A DNA stretch of 63,753 bases, counting the filler, from Vannella sp. (lineage: Eukaryota), in NCBI GenBank assembly GCA_023345925.1. It is 4 parts of 4 records of this genome, joined end to end, with 100 filler letters (N's around TTAATTAATTAA, not from the genome) between each part and the next. Parts side by side here need not be neighbours in the genome. Positions count along the whole stretch, not along the records: positions 34,135 to 58,674 come from JAJQQN010000445.1; 3 more parts are not named here. One strand, written 5' to 3'. The notes beneath the pieces were generated by a model. The model saw nothing but the letters and a program-made list of their open reading frames with translations. It was not told where the DNA came from and did no database searches. How positions within the stretch are numbered: position 1 is the stretch's first letter; every line of letters starts with the position of its first letter. The position numbers were made by a program, and so were the translations under genes. Below, in pieces: positions 45,344-57,300 of this stretch.

Positions 45344-46182
45344 CTACTTTATCTGAAAGAAAGAAGTGATGGGAGGCTGCGACTTGATCTCCTTCTTTAC
45401 CAGGACCTTTACTGGAGTAGAGGGAGCTACAATCTCGTTCTCCGATGGTTCAGACTTGCAGACGGAAGGGGGAGAGAAGAAACGGGACAGAGCCTCTTGT
45501 TTGACCTCCACCAAGGGCTTGCGGCAGGCACTCGACTTTTCCTTGACGGAATTCACCCGAGAAGAGACTTTGGTGACGGTGAGAGACGCTTCAATGGGGT
45601 CTACCCTGGCTAGTTCTTCTGTGAGAAGGGCTTTGGCCTCCTCTTCACTCCCACTAAGCCACGATTGCACTTTGGCGCTATCCAGCATCACAGGCATGCG
45701 AGAGTGAAGCCAACACATACCTTTGGTACTCTCCCGAGTGATGACTGTGAAGGATTCTCGGGTCTCTTCCCCGTTGCTCCAGCAGTCGAACAACCCAGCC
45801 AGGAGCATCACCTCTTCCTGTTTGCTCGTGATGAAGTAAGGTTCCTTGAGTGAATTGGCCGTCTGCCACTCATAGTAGCCTTCGATCACTGCCACACACC
45901 GCTTTTGAGGGAGGAGCCTTCTAAACATCGGCTTCTCCCCCAGCGACTCGATCCTGGCATTGAAGGTACTCAGGGTCATCGCAGGTGTTTCTGCGAAGGA
46001 GGGAATGAGCCCCCAATGCATTACCTTGATGCAATGGGCACCATCGGCTCCTTGAACAAGAACTGGGAGTCTTGTCGTCGGCGGCGCGTTGTGTGGTACT
46101 CGCACTCTGCACACCCAAAGGGAGCACCAGTGGCTTTGGTGAGTTCAGAAGGAGCAAGAGCGCACGCAACACGCCCGCACAT
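45344..46182 (-). CDS. HMCES: SRAP/HMCES (YedK) abasic-site protein with an apparent frameshift near 46100
   Basis: MCGR start at 46182 lies in a different frame from HNAPPT, MHWGLIP, FNARIES, RCVAVIEGYYEW and WLHSRMPV. Confidence 0.85.
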
Positions 46183-46653
46183 TTGGAGAATGCGTGAAAA
46201 GTTGTTTGCATTGCCGAATATTTTATGGAATTCCAGGAATCATTCGTAAAAATGTTGGCTCGTCTTGAAAGTCCGGGCATGACATTAGTCGGTTTGTTTG
46301 AAACTGCAAGATGACGTTGGAGAAGGCCATGCTCGTGCTCGCCGTCAGGAATTCACGTTCGGTACACTTTCATGAACATCATGCCGTCCACCTTAACGTA
46401 TTCTACTGGCTTACTCTCTCTAGGTTTGAGACGGAGAGCTGACAGTATGCTTTGAATGGGACACAGAGACTCCTTCGCGTGCTTGGAAGAAGGCATGAAG
46501 GAAATGATTTCCAACTGCCAATCGCGCCTTCTTTGGGTCTTTGTCCTGTTTGTAAGTCCGAAAAAGGAGCGATCTATTTATAGGAATCAATTAGAATGGC
46601 TTTATAATTAGATTACTAGAAGGGGTGACGCAACACTTTGCCCCTTGAGGAAG

Positions 46654-48123
46654 TTAATGGGGAATGAGTTGGTTCAAGCGAAGGAAGAGAGACTGCTGTT
46701 CTACGAGGGGAAGAAGTGAAACCAGCTGAAGGATTTGTGGAACATCAACGGGAGAAAGTTGGATGAAAGTGCTGTAATGCACGAAGGTACAGAGAGTCAT
46801 GACAAGTTGGCAGTCGAAGCGATCATAGAAACCACCGTGGCCAGGGAAGACATTGTTAAAGTCCTTAATCTTGTAAGCGCGCTTCATCCCACTCGCAAAG
46901 AACCCTCCAAAGGGAGCAATCAAAGACGCGAATATCGACAGGAGTACCGCATGGAAGTAAATAGGAGGAAACTCCAGTGTCTGGGGTATTCCCAAGCCCT
47001 GAAGAGCCTCTGGTACATCATGAACAACAGAAGCCCACACACCATTACGGGAACATGCTTGGAATTCAAACCCCTTCGCTCCCCATCAGTCCACAACCCC
47101 AAAATAGCGGGAAATGGACAAACTCACATAATGTGGGCAAATGAATTGGTCGTATTCCATGAACCAGCGGCAGAACTGAAGGGTCCAAGTGAGTCAGGTT
47201 CTACTAATGACATGGAGCAGACGAAGGAGGAGGAACTTACAAGGATGCTGAACACAATGGTGGTGAAGAGAGCTCCAATGAAGCCTTCCCACGTCTTATT
47301 GGGCGAGAGGCTCGTCAAGCCAGATTGGAAGAACTTTTTGCCAAAGGCGAGGCCCCAGAAGTAAGCCATAATGTCATTGGTGACGATCAAGCAAGCAGGG
47401 AAGACCACCCAGAAGATGCCCGCTCGGAAGTTCTTGATGAACGAGGCGCACTGGAACACTACGAGGAGAAGAGAGAGCTAGAGTACATCAGAATACGTTC
47501 TATCGATGCCAGGGGAGCGTACCGCTGTCCAGGCGAGCTGGGTGAACTGATACTTGTACATTCCTGGCTTTAGGCTCATGATGAACCAGCAGAAAGCGGA
47601 GATGTACATGACAAAGCTAACCCACAGGTGGAAGTGATCAAAGGTACGGTACAAGTCGCCAGACACCGCTTCAATCTCATGAAGGAAGCGGAAGGAAGGC
47701 GTAGCATAGAAGTAGAAGAGAGTTATGCCCAGGAAGTACCAATTGAGAGTGCGGAATAGCGTCAGGTTGCGTTCTTTAACAGCATGGTAGCGTACAGCAA
47801 TGATCTCCTTGTACACCAACACTTGAAGGATCACAGCGACGCAAGGAAGGATCACAACGACCCACTGGCTCATAACGACAGCTATAGGTTGCTTAAGTAA
47901 CCTCAGCGATAGCTACTTGAAGATCTCTCACCTCCAAACGCCCCAATCATCACAAGGCCCACAACAGAGCGAACGAGGAACTTTTGAAGCCCCGACTGCT
48001 TCGGCTCCTCCTCCTTGGACTTCAAGCCAACGAGAGCATCAGTGTCTAAGCTATATAGCACATTGATACCCCTACCTTTGGTGCAGGCCCAGGACTAGCT
48101 GCCTTCTTACCACCCCGCTTCAT
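46654..48123 (-). CDS. CDS: Phosphatidate cytidylyltransferase (CDP-DAG synthase), multi-exon
   Basis: NDIMAYFWG..FGK, LSPNKTWEGFIGA, FASLIAPFGGFFASGMKRAYKIKDF..FPGHGGFYDRFDCQ. Confidence 0.93.
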
Positions 48124-48520
48124 GTGTCAGAGGGGAGCGGAAAAATAGTTCCATACAGAGGAGGAGACGACGTCGGTGAGGGTAACCAAGTGGGTTGTAC
48201 AAGTAGAGATTCACATGTATGATACAGCAAGGGGAAGAGCTCCTCAAGAAGGGATGGGAGCCATCTCAACAGGGAAAGTGTCTCTCCGTGTTCGTCCTTT
48301 GAAGATGAGGCGCATCAGGTCTCTAGGACCCAGGTCAAGAACGTATCGTAGAGGAGAGGAAAGCTGAGACACTGGAATGAAGTGGCCAGAAAGGTCAGCG
48401 TCGAGATCGCCCGTTCTCTCTTCCAAGGAAGCTTCTTCCCTTTCCTTACTCCAGCAGAAGTAACGCAGTAGAAGGAGAATACCTGCAGTCACCAGCACAA
48501 CCCACAAGAGAGTCAGAACC

Positions 48521-50441
48521 ATGAAGAACTCGAACTCCAAAGACACGCCAGTCCCCTCCTCCTCCTTCACAGCCAATGCAGGTGTACTCGTCGACTCTCC
48601 TCCTCCTGAAGACTCTTCAGAGCGACTCAGAACGCTCTCCAGCCACAGAGACATCGAGACTGAGCAACTGACCGCGGCAGGGACGTCAGAAATGACAGCT
48701 TCGCCCTCTCTGTGGGGACAAACGGACATGATACAAGCTGTAGTGTTCATTGGGGGATGGCTGGACAGCAGGGGCACGCGCGGTTGCGACCGTTCTTGCC
48801 TTTTGTTGTGTTGTTAGGATTCTCCTACACCAAGGACGATATCGAGGTGTTTATGCTCTACTTCTTGTTCTCAGAGACTTCATATGGCTGCTCCTTCAAT
48901 GAGGCCTTTGGCACTTACCTGACTGTGAATGCAATCGTCCAGGTGAGTGATTGAAGTCCCTTTTCTTCGTCCTACTGATGCGGGGAAGGTCGTGGTGCAA
49001 CCTATCTGGGCAAGAGTGACAGATAGATACTCAAAGTATAGTACAGTTCTGCTTTGGGCTGCTCTACTGGGAGAAAGCATCTCCGAAGTACTCTTGTTCA
49101 CCATCCCTGGCCACCGCTTCTCTGTGGTGTTGACCTTGTCCCTCATTCGCTCGGTTATCCACACGGAGAACACATTGGCAATGTGGAAAGTGTTCAAACA
49201 GAAGCTTCAGTTCATGCATCGAGCTGATCCAGCTGCTCATGACCGGATCATCAACAATATGTGAGCTCTCCTGCTTAGCTGGTCTTTGTGACTCATCTTG
49301 TCGAGTCAGTGGCATGTGGGGTATCATCACTGAGGTAGTAATGGACGTAGGGATCTTCTCTGGGGGATATTACCTTTCAGTGAACGGATTTTCCTACAAC
49401 ACGGTGAGGAGGACAGGCCCTACTGAAGTATAGATCATTGACATGGCTTAGATCAAGGCGTATGTCTACTTTATGACGACCTTCCCCTCGTTTCTGGTGT
49501 GGTTGATCGCCTACTTTGGATTCACTCCAGCTTACATCGAAGAAGGAAGCTCTGTTGAGACTTCAATGCTCTCATTAGATGGAGAGATTCCCCATAGAGA
49601 GGCTATATCTTGGAAGCAGCGATTGTGCCACTTCCGGTCCATTGATGTGGGAATTATCGAAAGTTCCGACATTCGGATGTATCATGGGCTCTTGGGCACA
49701 CTCCAGTACTTCCGCAAAGGACTGAGCCACATCTATCACAACTCAGTGTGCTTTGCAGCGCTCTGCCATGCGTTCTTTGTCTGTCTCTTCTGGAAATTGA
49801 TGAGCGGAGCGGAACCTTTGAATCTTGCATCGAGTAACTTGGATCCTTATGTCATTGCCACGTTAGAGAATCTATGCGGAGGAGAATTCACGAACCTGTT
49901 CTATCAGTATACGTGGAACAACATCCTCTATGTGGCTGGGGCGCTGATGTATATTGTTATTTTGGTGAGGACGCCTCCTTCCATGTTCTACCGCTGGGTG
50001 TGGCCTTTCATGGGTATTTTCTTTGCGATTTGTATTACTCCCTTGATTTTTGATGTTCCCTATGCTCTCCAAGTGATCTTGGCTGCCATTGTGGGAGTGT
50101 TCCCGTGGTATCTTTACCGCTATGACGAGTATCTTTGCACTGCCACTGTTGATGGGGAGTTTGTTGGTGTGCTTCAAGCACTTATCGGTTATATTCGCTA
50201 CATAACACCTGCCATCCCAGGCTTATTCCTTGCCTATGACCTCGTGAGTTTAGTCTTCATTTGTGGCTATTTGGTTCTCTTCTTGTCAGTACTCTACTCA
50301 GTCTATGTCTCTTTTGCGCATGGTGCTGCCCTCAGGGCGATCAGTCACAATGAGGTAGATGCCTTTCATCCCAAAGTGATTATAACTGACACTGTGAAGC
50401 AGCTGGTGGAGCCTGGTGGCGCCCAGGGAAAGATTCAGTAG
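48521..50441 (+). CDS. Multi-pass membrane protein, possibly an MFS-like transporter (multi-exon; 5' end uncertain)
   Basis: About 11-12 hydrophobic segments in two halves separated by a hydrophilic loop; QPIWARVTDRYSK resembles MFS motif A. Confidence 0.55.
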
Positions 50442-50474
50442 TAACAAAAGTGGTGTTATTGATGTGAGTCTTAC

Positions 50475-53400
50475 TTAGGAGCGTTCTAGGAAGGAGAGTC
50501 GCTCTTGAAGAGTTGCATTCTGGATTTCCTCTTTCGCTAACATGATTAAAAGATCCTCTTGTTCCTGCTCCAGCATCGAAAACTTCATCTTCCATTCTCT
50601 GAGTTCGTCTTGATTGTGTTGGTCACTTGGGCCCTTCCCTGAGGGAGAAGCTGAGCGATATCCAACGAGTTCTACCTCAAGGCGTTTGACCGCAGCTTCT
50701 TTAATGGCCAGATCTTCTTCCAATTGGGCGCAGCGTTCTGTTTTCAATTCGAGAGAAGATTGAATCTCTTGGTTAGAGTTAAGGGCACCCTCTAACTCTT
50801 TCTCGATGCGCATTCGAGATTCCTTTTCTTGTAAAAGGGTTTCTTCCAAAGCTATTGAAGTGGAAACTTGACTGGTCAATGCTGACGTCTGTTCAGCCAA
50901 TTGATTCTTCAGTTGATGAAGTGATTTGTGCGCCTCTTCCAACTCTGCATTTTCCAAGTTGCTTGGGAGCTCTGGAAGAGACAAAGATTCTACCTTCTTT
51001 TGAAGAGCTTCATTCTCTTCCTTCAGAGCGCCAATTAGCAAGAGGTTCTCCGAATCTTCGGTTTTGGTTTGAATCGGGATTCCTTCTTGAGCCAGATGCG
51101 CCTCCAGATCATTGTAGGCCATTGAAAGACCCTGGAGTGCATCTTCCTTTGAAGCTAATTCACTTTGAAGTTCCTGAATGTAGGCTAAAGCTTGCTCCAA
51201 CTGCAAATCCAACGAGTCGTTGGAATGAACTGAATTAGTTGAAACAATTGAATCTGGATTCGCCCCTTCTGTGATTGGAGCCTCAATAGATCGCGAAACG
51301 CAGCTCTCTAGCTCAGTGATCTTGGTCTGAAGCTGCTCAATCAAAGCGTCCTTCTCTCTAATCTGATCTTTGTACTGAATGTCTGCTTTCCGCTTATTTG
51401 GCGATCTGAGATCGCGAAGGAGCTGGTCTCTCGCGTTCTTTACGAACTCGATGAGATCAGAATCGTACAGTAGAATCTCCAAGTCCACCTCAGTGAGGTC
51501 GAGTGTGGTGATATCGAGAGTCTCTGCCCTTTGGAAGGGAGCAGATTGTCGCATGGCATCTAAACAGGCCAGGAACTTGTCCAGGCCGATACGATGGCAG
51601 ATGATGCCGTGAAGAGCCAATCGGTTGCTGCTCATGTCTTCCGACTCCTCGTTCTCATTGAACATGAAGCAGAAGCCCACCAGAAGGGCGGCCATGCCTT
51701 GCAGATGAATGTTAGCGGGTGATTGGGCGACAATCTCCACCAAGAACGAAAGATTCTCGGGCACAGAAAGGAATTCAGCGACCAGAGGCGGAAACTGGAA
51801 CATCCAAACGCACAGTAATCTCAAAAACCCAATACTGGCTATCTGTCCCACAAGACTGGTGTCTCGTTGCTTTTGCACCTGATTGGACCGCAGCAGAGTC
51901 ATACAAAGAGTCAAAAGGTTCTCTTTGGGGCGATCTAAAGATAGCTGAATGCGCAATGCAAAGTGTTTGCAATCCTGGTTATCACTAATGATAGATGCCA
52001 GAAGTACTGACGCCATCCATGAAGCTACTGGCTGCTTGTAACCTTCTTGGAGTGACTTAATGAGCTGCCTTCCAATCGAGTTAGCACCAGCATGAGCATC
52101 AGCCACGCTGGTGGACTGAGCGCTATCCGGGGGAGGAGTGAGGGTGGTCACAATGGCCAGCTGACTCTCGCTATTCTCGTGCATGTAATTCACAAAGGCA
52201 AAAGTGGCTCCCACTTGTTCAGCAAAGTGAGTGGAATGGAATGCCAATGTCAATAATCGATGCAATGTAGGCTGAGGAGTACTCTCCCTCGCAATACGAA
52301 TAGTTTTCTGCGCAAACGCACTCCTATTTTCAGAGTGATGCCGAAGCAACGCTCCCAAAGTGAATAACGCACGGCTCCTAATCAGAGGAGAATTGATTCT
52401 GTCCAACGCCCAAGTGATTACCAGCGGGAGCATTCCCTGTTTGGCAATCTCAGTCTGATTAACAGAAGCGTTGGAGTTGGCAGCTGGAGCAGAAAGAAGA
52501 AAGAAAAGGATCTCCAAAGCGCTCACAACCACCTTGGATTTCGTGTCTGTCAACAACCAAGTATCAGACGAGTCCACTTCTAATAAAGGAGCTAAACGGG
52601 CAATGCACGAAGTCTCTCGGAAGTAGTTCTGGTTGAGAGTGTTCTTCCGGAGCAGATTCCTCACTAATCGGAGACAATCCACAGTCCCCACAGCTTCTTC
52701 TCCCCAGTATCCGCTCCCATCCATTATTCCAAACGATCTCTCAAAGCCTCCCTTCGCCCAGAGTTAGTCCAGAGAGCCTAGAACGCATTAACCCCTACAC
52801 TGAAGGCAATGATCTTCTGCAGCTCCTCCTGAGGGGACTCAGTGAGGCCAACAAGGATACCCAAAGCTTGTAAACGAATAGTCTCCTTATCTCCAAGGAG
52901 TTCCACGATCGTGGCAACGGCCATTGGGTCGCACAGAATTTCGGACTTTTCATTCGTCAGCACTCCTTCTGATGGAGAGATCTTCGAAGCTACCTACCTG
53001 TAGAGGAGATGTCTTGTTGTTCTTCATCACAAACTGGAGAATGGAGGTCAGATGATAGCGGATCTGGAACTCGGGGATCGCAAGGAGGGCCAAAAGAACT
53101 CTCATATTGCTTCGTTGGTCGATCTCTCGATCAGAACTGGTTAACAAAGGCTCAAACAGAACGTCACAGTAGAGCAGATGGAGGTAGTTGGTCCCTACTG
53201 CCTCAGGTTTGGCTCGAACAGGCCGAATCGCTGCGAGAATGATCTCCAAAGCGGCCTGTACGATCTTCAGATCCTGACCAAAGTGGTAACAAGCCCAGAT
53301 ACATCGTCGCAATAGAGTTTTAGCTTGCTCCGAGTCCTCTTCCTCGGAAGAGAACAAAGGAAAGCCGCGAGCAAGCGCCCCCTTCATCCCCTCCAGCACA

Positions 53401-53531
53401 TGCGCCACCAGAGGCCTCTGCTCCTCCGTACAGAACTGCAGCTTTGCCAGCTCTTCATCAAACTCAAAAGAGAGATCGCTGCGACCAGCAGGAGGACCGC
53501 CACTCCACAAGCCGCCCAACCACCCGCTCAT
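50475..53531 (-). CDS. USO1: USO1/p115 vesicle-tethering factor (3 exons)
   Basis: ELQKIIAFS|GGFER, DCLRLVRNLLRKNTLNQNYFRETSCIARL, LQGMAALLVGFC, long coiled coil, EQEDLLIMLA. Confidence 0.9.
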
Positions 53532-53579
53532 GACCTCGTCCCCCGTCCAGCAAGCGAATAGCTCATTGGCAACTCTCTT

Positions 53580-54161
53580 TTATCGTATCTGAACGTTCTC
53601 CATCCCTCCAAACGAGTGGTGGGCTGCGGGAGTGTCCCAGATGCGGATGGGGAGGAAGACCGGGTCGTATTGGGGTTGCCAGGGGGGTTCTAGTGCTGAT
53701 GGGAAGCCTTGAGGGTGCTCACGCGCGTGTGGGGTCATCTGGGGAAGTGGAGGCTGAGCAGGGGAGGTGTGGGGAGGTTGGGGAGGATGATTTGGGGATG
53801 TGGCGGTGAATAGAGGGCGAGGGATCCTTCCTGCATACACAGGACGTTGCGTATGAGATGTGGTAGACCCGACAGGAGTCGAAATAGGTCTCTGGGGCTC
53901 CGGACGAGCAGCCGAAGGCTGTTCACATGAAATGGGATTGTCAACGCGTTCAAGACGTGGAGGAGCGCTTTGGGGAGCGCGTTTAGGGCTTGACTGATGC
54001 CAAAGAAAGGTACTTCCGGCTTTGAACGAAGGAGGAGAGGCGGGAGTAGAGGCAGAGGGCGTGGGAATGGCTTTGGGTTGTCCGCGACCAGTTTCAGCAA
54101 ACCAAGTGTTGATCTCAACTCGGCCGCCTTTCTGACCAGACCAGGAGGGTGACGCGGACAT
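53580..54161 (-). CDS. Hypothetical Pro/Ser-rich protein
   Basis: ATG-initiated 193-aa ORF filling the gap between NBAS and USO1; no recognisable motif. Confidence 0.4.
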   Translation of the reverse strand: MSASPSWSGQKGGRVEINTWFAETGRGQPKAIPTPSASTPASPPSFKAGSTFLWHQSSPKRAPQSAPPRLERVDNPISCEQPSAARPEPQRPISTPVGSTTSHTQRPVYAGRIPRPLFTATSPNHPPQPPHTSPAQPPLPQMTPHAREHPQGFPSALEPPWQPQYDPVFLPIRIWDTPAAHHSFGGMENVQIR

Positions 54162-54339
54162 GGGGCGTTAGAAAGAATGATCTTCGAGTCCTATTCAGGC
54201 ACCGCACATGGTGGTCTCGCAACCGTAAAAGGACAAGATAACTTCCTCTTTGGGACTCATTCGGACAACTATCCGTACGACCGAAACACTGACAGCGCTG
54301 GTGAATGAGGATTTGTGGACATGTTCTGTGCAGGAATGT

Positions 54340-57300
54340 TTATTTGGGGAGGAGTTGGAGGGCTTCCTGGCAGAGTTCAAAGGAAAAGTCCCAGAGGGGA
54401 GACTCGATGAATGATGTTGTGAGGAATTGTTGAGCTTTTGCGGGTGAGTTACTGGAGTGTTGGGTGTGAAGGAACTTGTAAAGCGCTTGGAGTGAGTTGC
54501 TCCAATCACCAAAGGGAGATGGTAAGCGAAGGGCGTTGTTCACCACTTGAGCTGCGTTTTCGATAAACCCAAGCTTAACAAGAGTTGCAACAAAGAATAA
54601 TAAGGAATGGGAAGCCTTACCATCTCTGGGGAATGCTAAACCCTGCAGAGATGGCACAACCGTGTCCCAAACAGTATTATCTTGGACTGCAAGAACGGCA
54701 GCCTGATAGAACGAAGGGATTACAATGATGTCTTGCAGGTTATCTGATTTCTCTTCCATGATTATCCGTGCCATACTTGCATCGCACATCTGATAAGGGG
54801 GTGAAGTTGCCCTGAGACTGTCCTGTTTAAGGATTACCAAAAGCTCTTCCAATCCAACTTTCTTGATACTGTCATGCTGTGAGTGTAACGCCATCTTCAG
54901 GCGGGAGAAGAGGGAAAGACAAGTATTCGTTTCACATGCTTGCAGTAGTCTTGCAAATTCCCGTTCCTCAGTCTCAGAAAAAGAGAGTCTGCGGGATAAA
55001 AATAGATCCAACGCATTCTCAACATCTCCAATAGTAATAGTACGCGACAAGAGATTAAACCAGCTGAGGTGTAGAGTATCTCCTAAGCCATTCTCTTGAT
55101 CCCCAAGGAGTCTCTGAGGAAGAGGAGGAGATAAACTCCAGTCCTTCAAGAGACTTTCTAGCTCCTGCAAATCGGAAAGGTTGTTTGATTTGGAGAGAAG
55201 AGAGAGGAAGTAGTCACTTAACTGCTCCTTTGAGCCAAAGGAATGGGGAATCGGTTCCTCTTGGAAGGTTTTACTCTCCGGCTGGACAAGGAGGGAACTA
55301 TAGAATGATAGCGTTCTTAAATATGCGGATGAAGAGCTTGGAGAGGCTTCGCTCACTGCCTTGTCGAGGACCTCTTCCAAGTTGTGGTGATGAATGAACT
55401 CTTGGAATTCCATTTTAAGCTCATGCAAGAGGTAGCGGCTGCTCAACGCAAAACAAATCATTTTGATGTATAAAGTAAGATCCTTGTCAAACACAAGGGA
55501 CTCAGTCGGCCACTCCCAGGCCTGATTCTCACCATCTTCCTGAGAGACACAAAGAATCTCTTTTTGGAAGAAGGCGTTGGCTTGAGGAAGAAAGTCCTCT
55601 TGTTCAATGGCTTGGAACAGCAAACTGAAAGCGACTTGCAGGTGTTGTTGTCGGAAATTGTGGAGCGAACTGGAGAGCAAAGCGTTATTGCGAGTTGAGT
55701 TCTCCAAAGCCTCGGATTGTGTGATATGAAAGTCATAAAGCGTTAAAGTAGATTGCATATCCAGTTCTAAGAGAAGCTTGGATGCATCCAAATCGCCTTC
55801 ATTGGCTTTCTCGCTTAACTGTTCCCTCTTCGATTGAAGCAAAGAATGACTTTCAATTGGAGATTGTAGCAAGCAGTCGAAGACATCTTCATCTCCTGGC
55901 GGAACAGTGTGTTCTAAACACTTCAAATGATTGATTTGGGCTAGGACCGATTGGACTTTAGATGACGGGCAATAGCACAAACCGAACTGAAGCAAATCTA
56001 AGCGGACACTGTGGATGAGTTCAGCGTGTGATGGGGCAAAGCCCAGTTTGATGGCAACCTTCCAAGAGCTTGTGCAGTTCCTATCTATAAGGCGCTGACA
56101 AAGATTCAGTGCCTTTCCATAATCTCCTTTGATAAAGGCAGCGTTGGCCACTTCGGTCAGAAGCTCATTATCTTTCTTTTTTGACTTGTTATCGGGGAAG
56201 AAGAGGCGATACAGCTGCAAAAGACTTTCTGGATCCGTGTATGCACGCGGACTGGTCGTAATGAGGTCCTGAATGAGCTCTTCTTTGTCTGCCAGGCGGA
56301 TAGAAATGGGAACTTTGCTGTACTGGAACTTCTTGTACAGGATACGAGTGGCTTTGATTAAGCAGAGCTCAAACTGTCCTTCTGGACTATCCTGAACTGC
56401 TGGCAATAGTGTGAGACAAGTCTCAGCATGGGCAAAGCTGCCATCATAAGGAGAAGTTGAGGAATTGAAATACTCTTTGACTGCCTTAATCAAGATTGAA
56501 GGAGCTTTGGCGCTCTTAACTAAATACTCCTTTGCCAAGTCGAACTTTTGTTGGAACAACAAAGCTTCGCAGAAGCTGCTGTAACAAAAATCAGTCGAAA
56601 TGAACTCGAAAACCTTCTCTCGAAGGTCTAAAATGACGCTGAGGATCTCCAACCACTCTTTGTCTGTCAAATTGTGACCTTTTCCTGCTTGCGCGCACAC
56701 TCTTTGAATCATCTGGCGTGCAGAATTTGGGTTCAGATTGCGGAAGCTGTTCAATGGGAGTGCTAAGCTATAATTAGCGAGCATCTCGCACGCCGCCAAG
56801 TGCACACAAAAGCTATCCACTTGGTCGTGTAGATTCTGGTAGAAGACGTCTTCAGTTTGAGGCTCCCTCTCGGGTATTGACGTGTAAATGTCGTTCATGG
56901 CTGGCCATTGATCGGTGCTGGTGCAGAGGTAAACACACTTCAAAGCAGTTTGAATAAAGACAACCTCTGAAGGAATGAGAGCTCTTTCTGACTCAAAACT
57001 TGGCGCGGATGGGTCGACTAAGCTGTTCAGTATTGGAGCTACTAAATCAATTCTATTGACTTTGGCGAGCTTAATCAGATAGCGAGGAAGAATCCAGGCT
57101 TCAATGTCTGCTGCAGGACCAATAACAACACTTCCCAGATCCTTATTGGCTTGTTGGATAAGCAGGCTGCAGCGAGAATGCACATCCGACGCAATCATGT
57201 GCCGAGAGGAGTTGTCCAGAATGCGTTGAAGAATGCCGAATTTGTCACACGAGAGGAAGTCGTCCCAATGGATTGAAGCGTCGCTCTCATAGATAATGCT

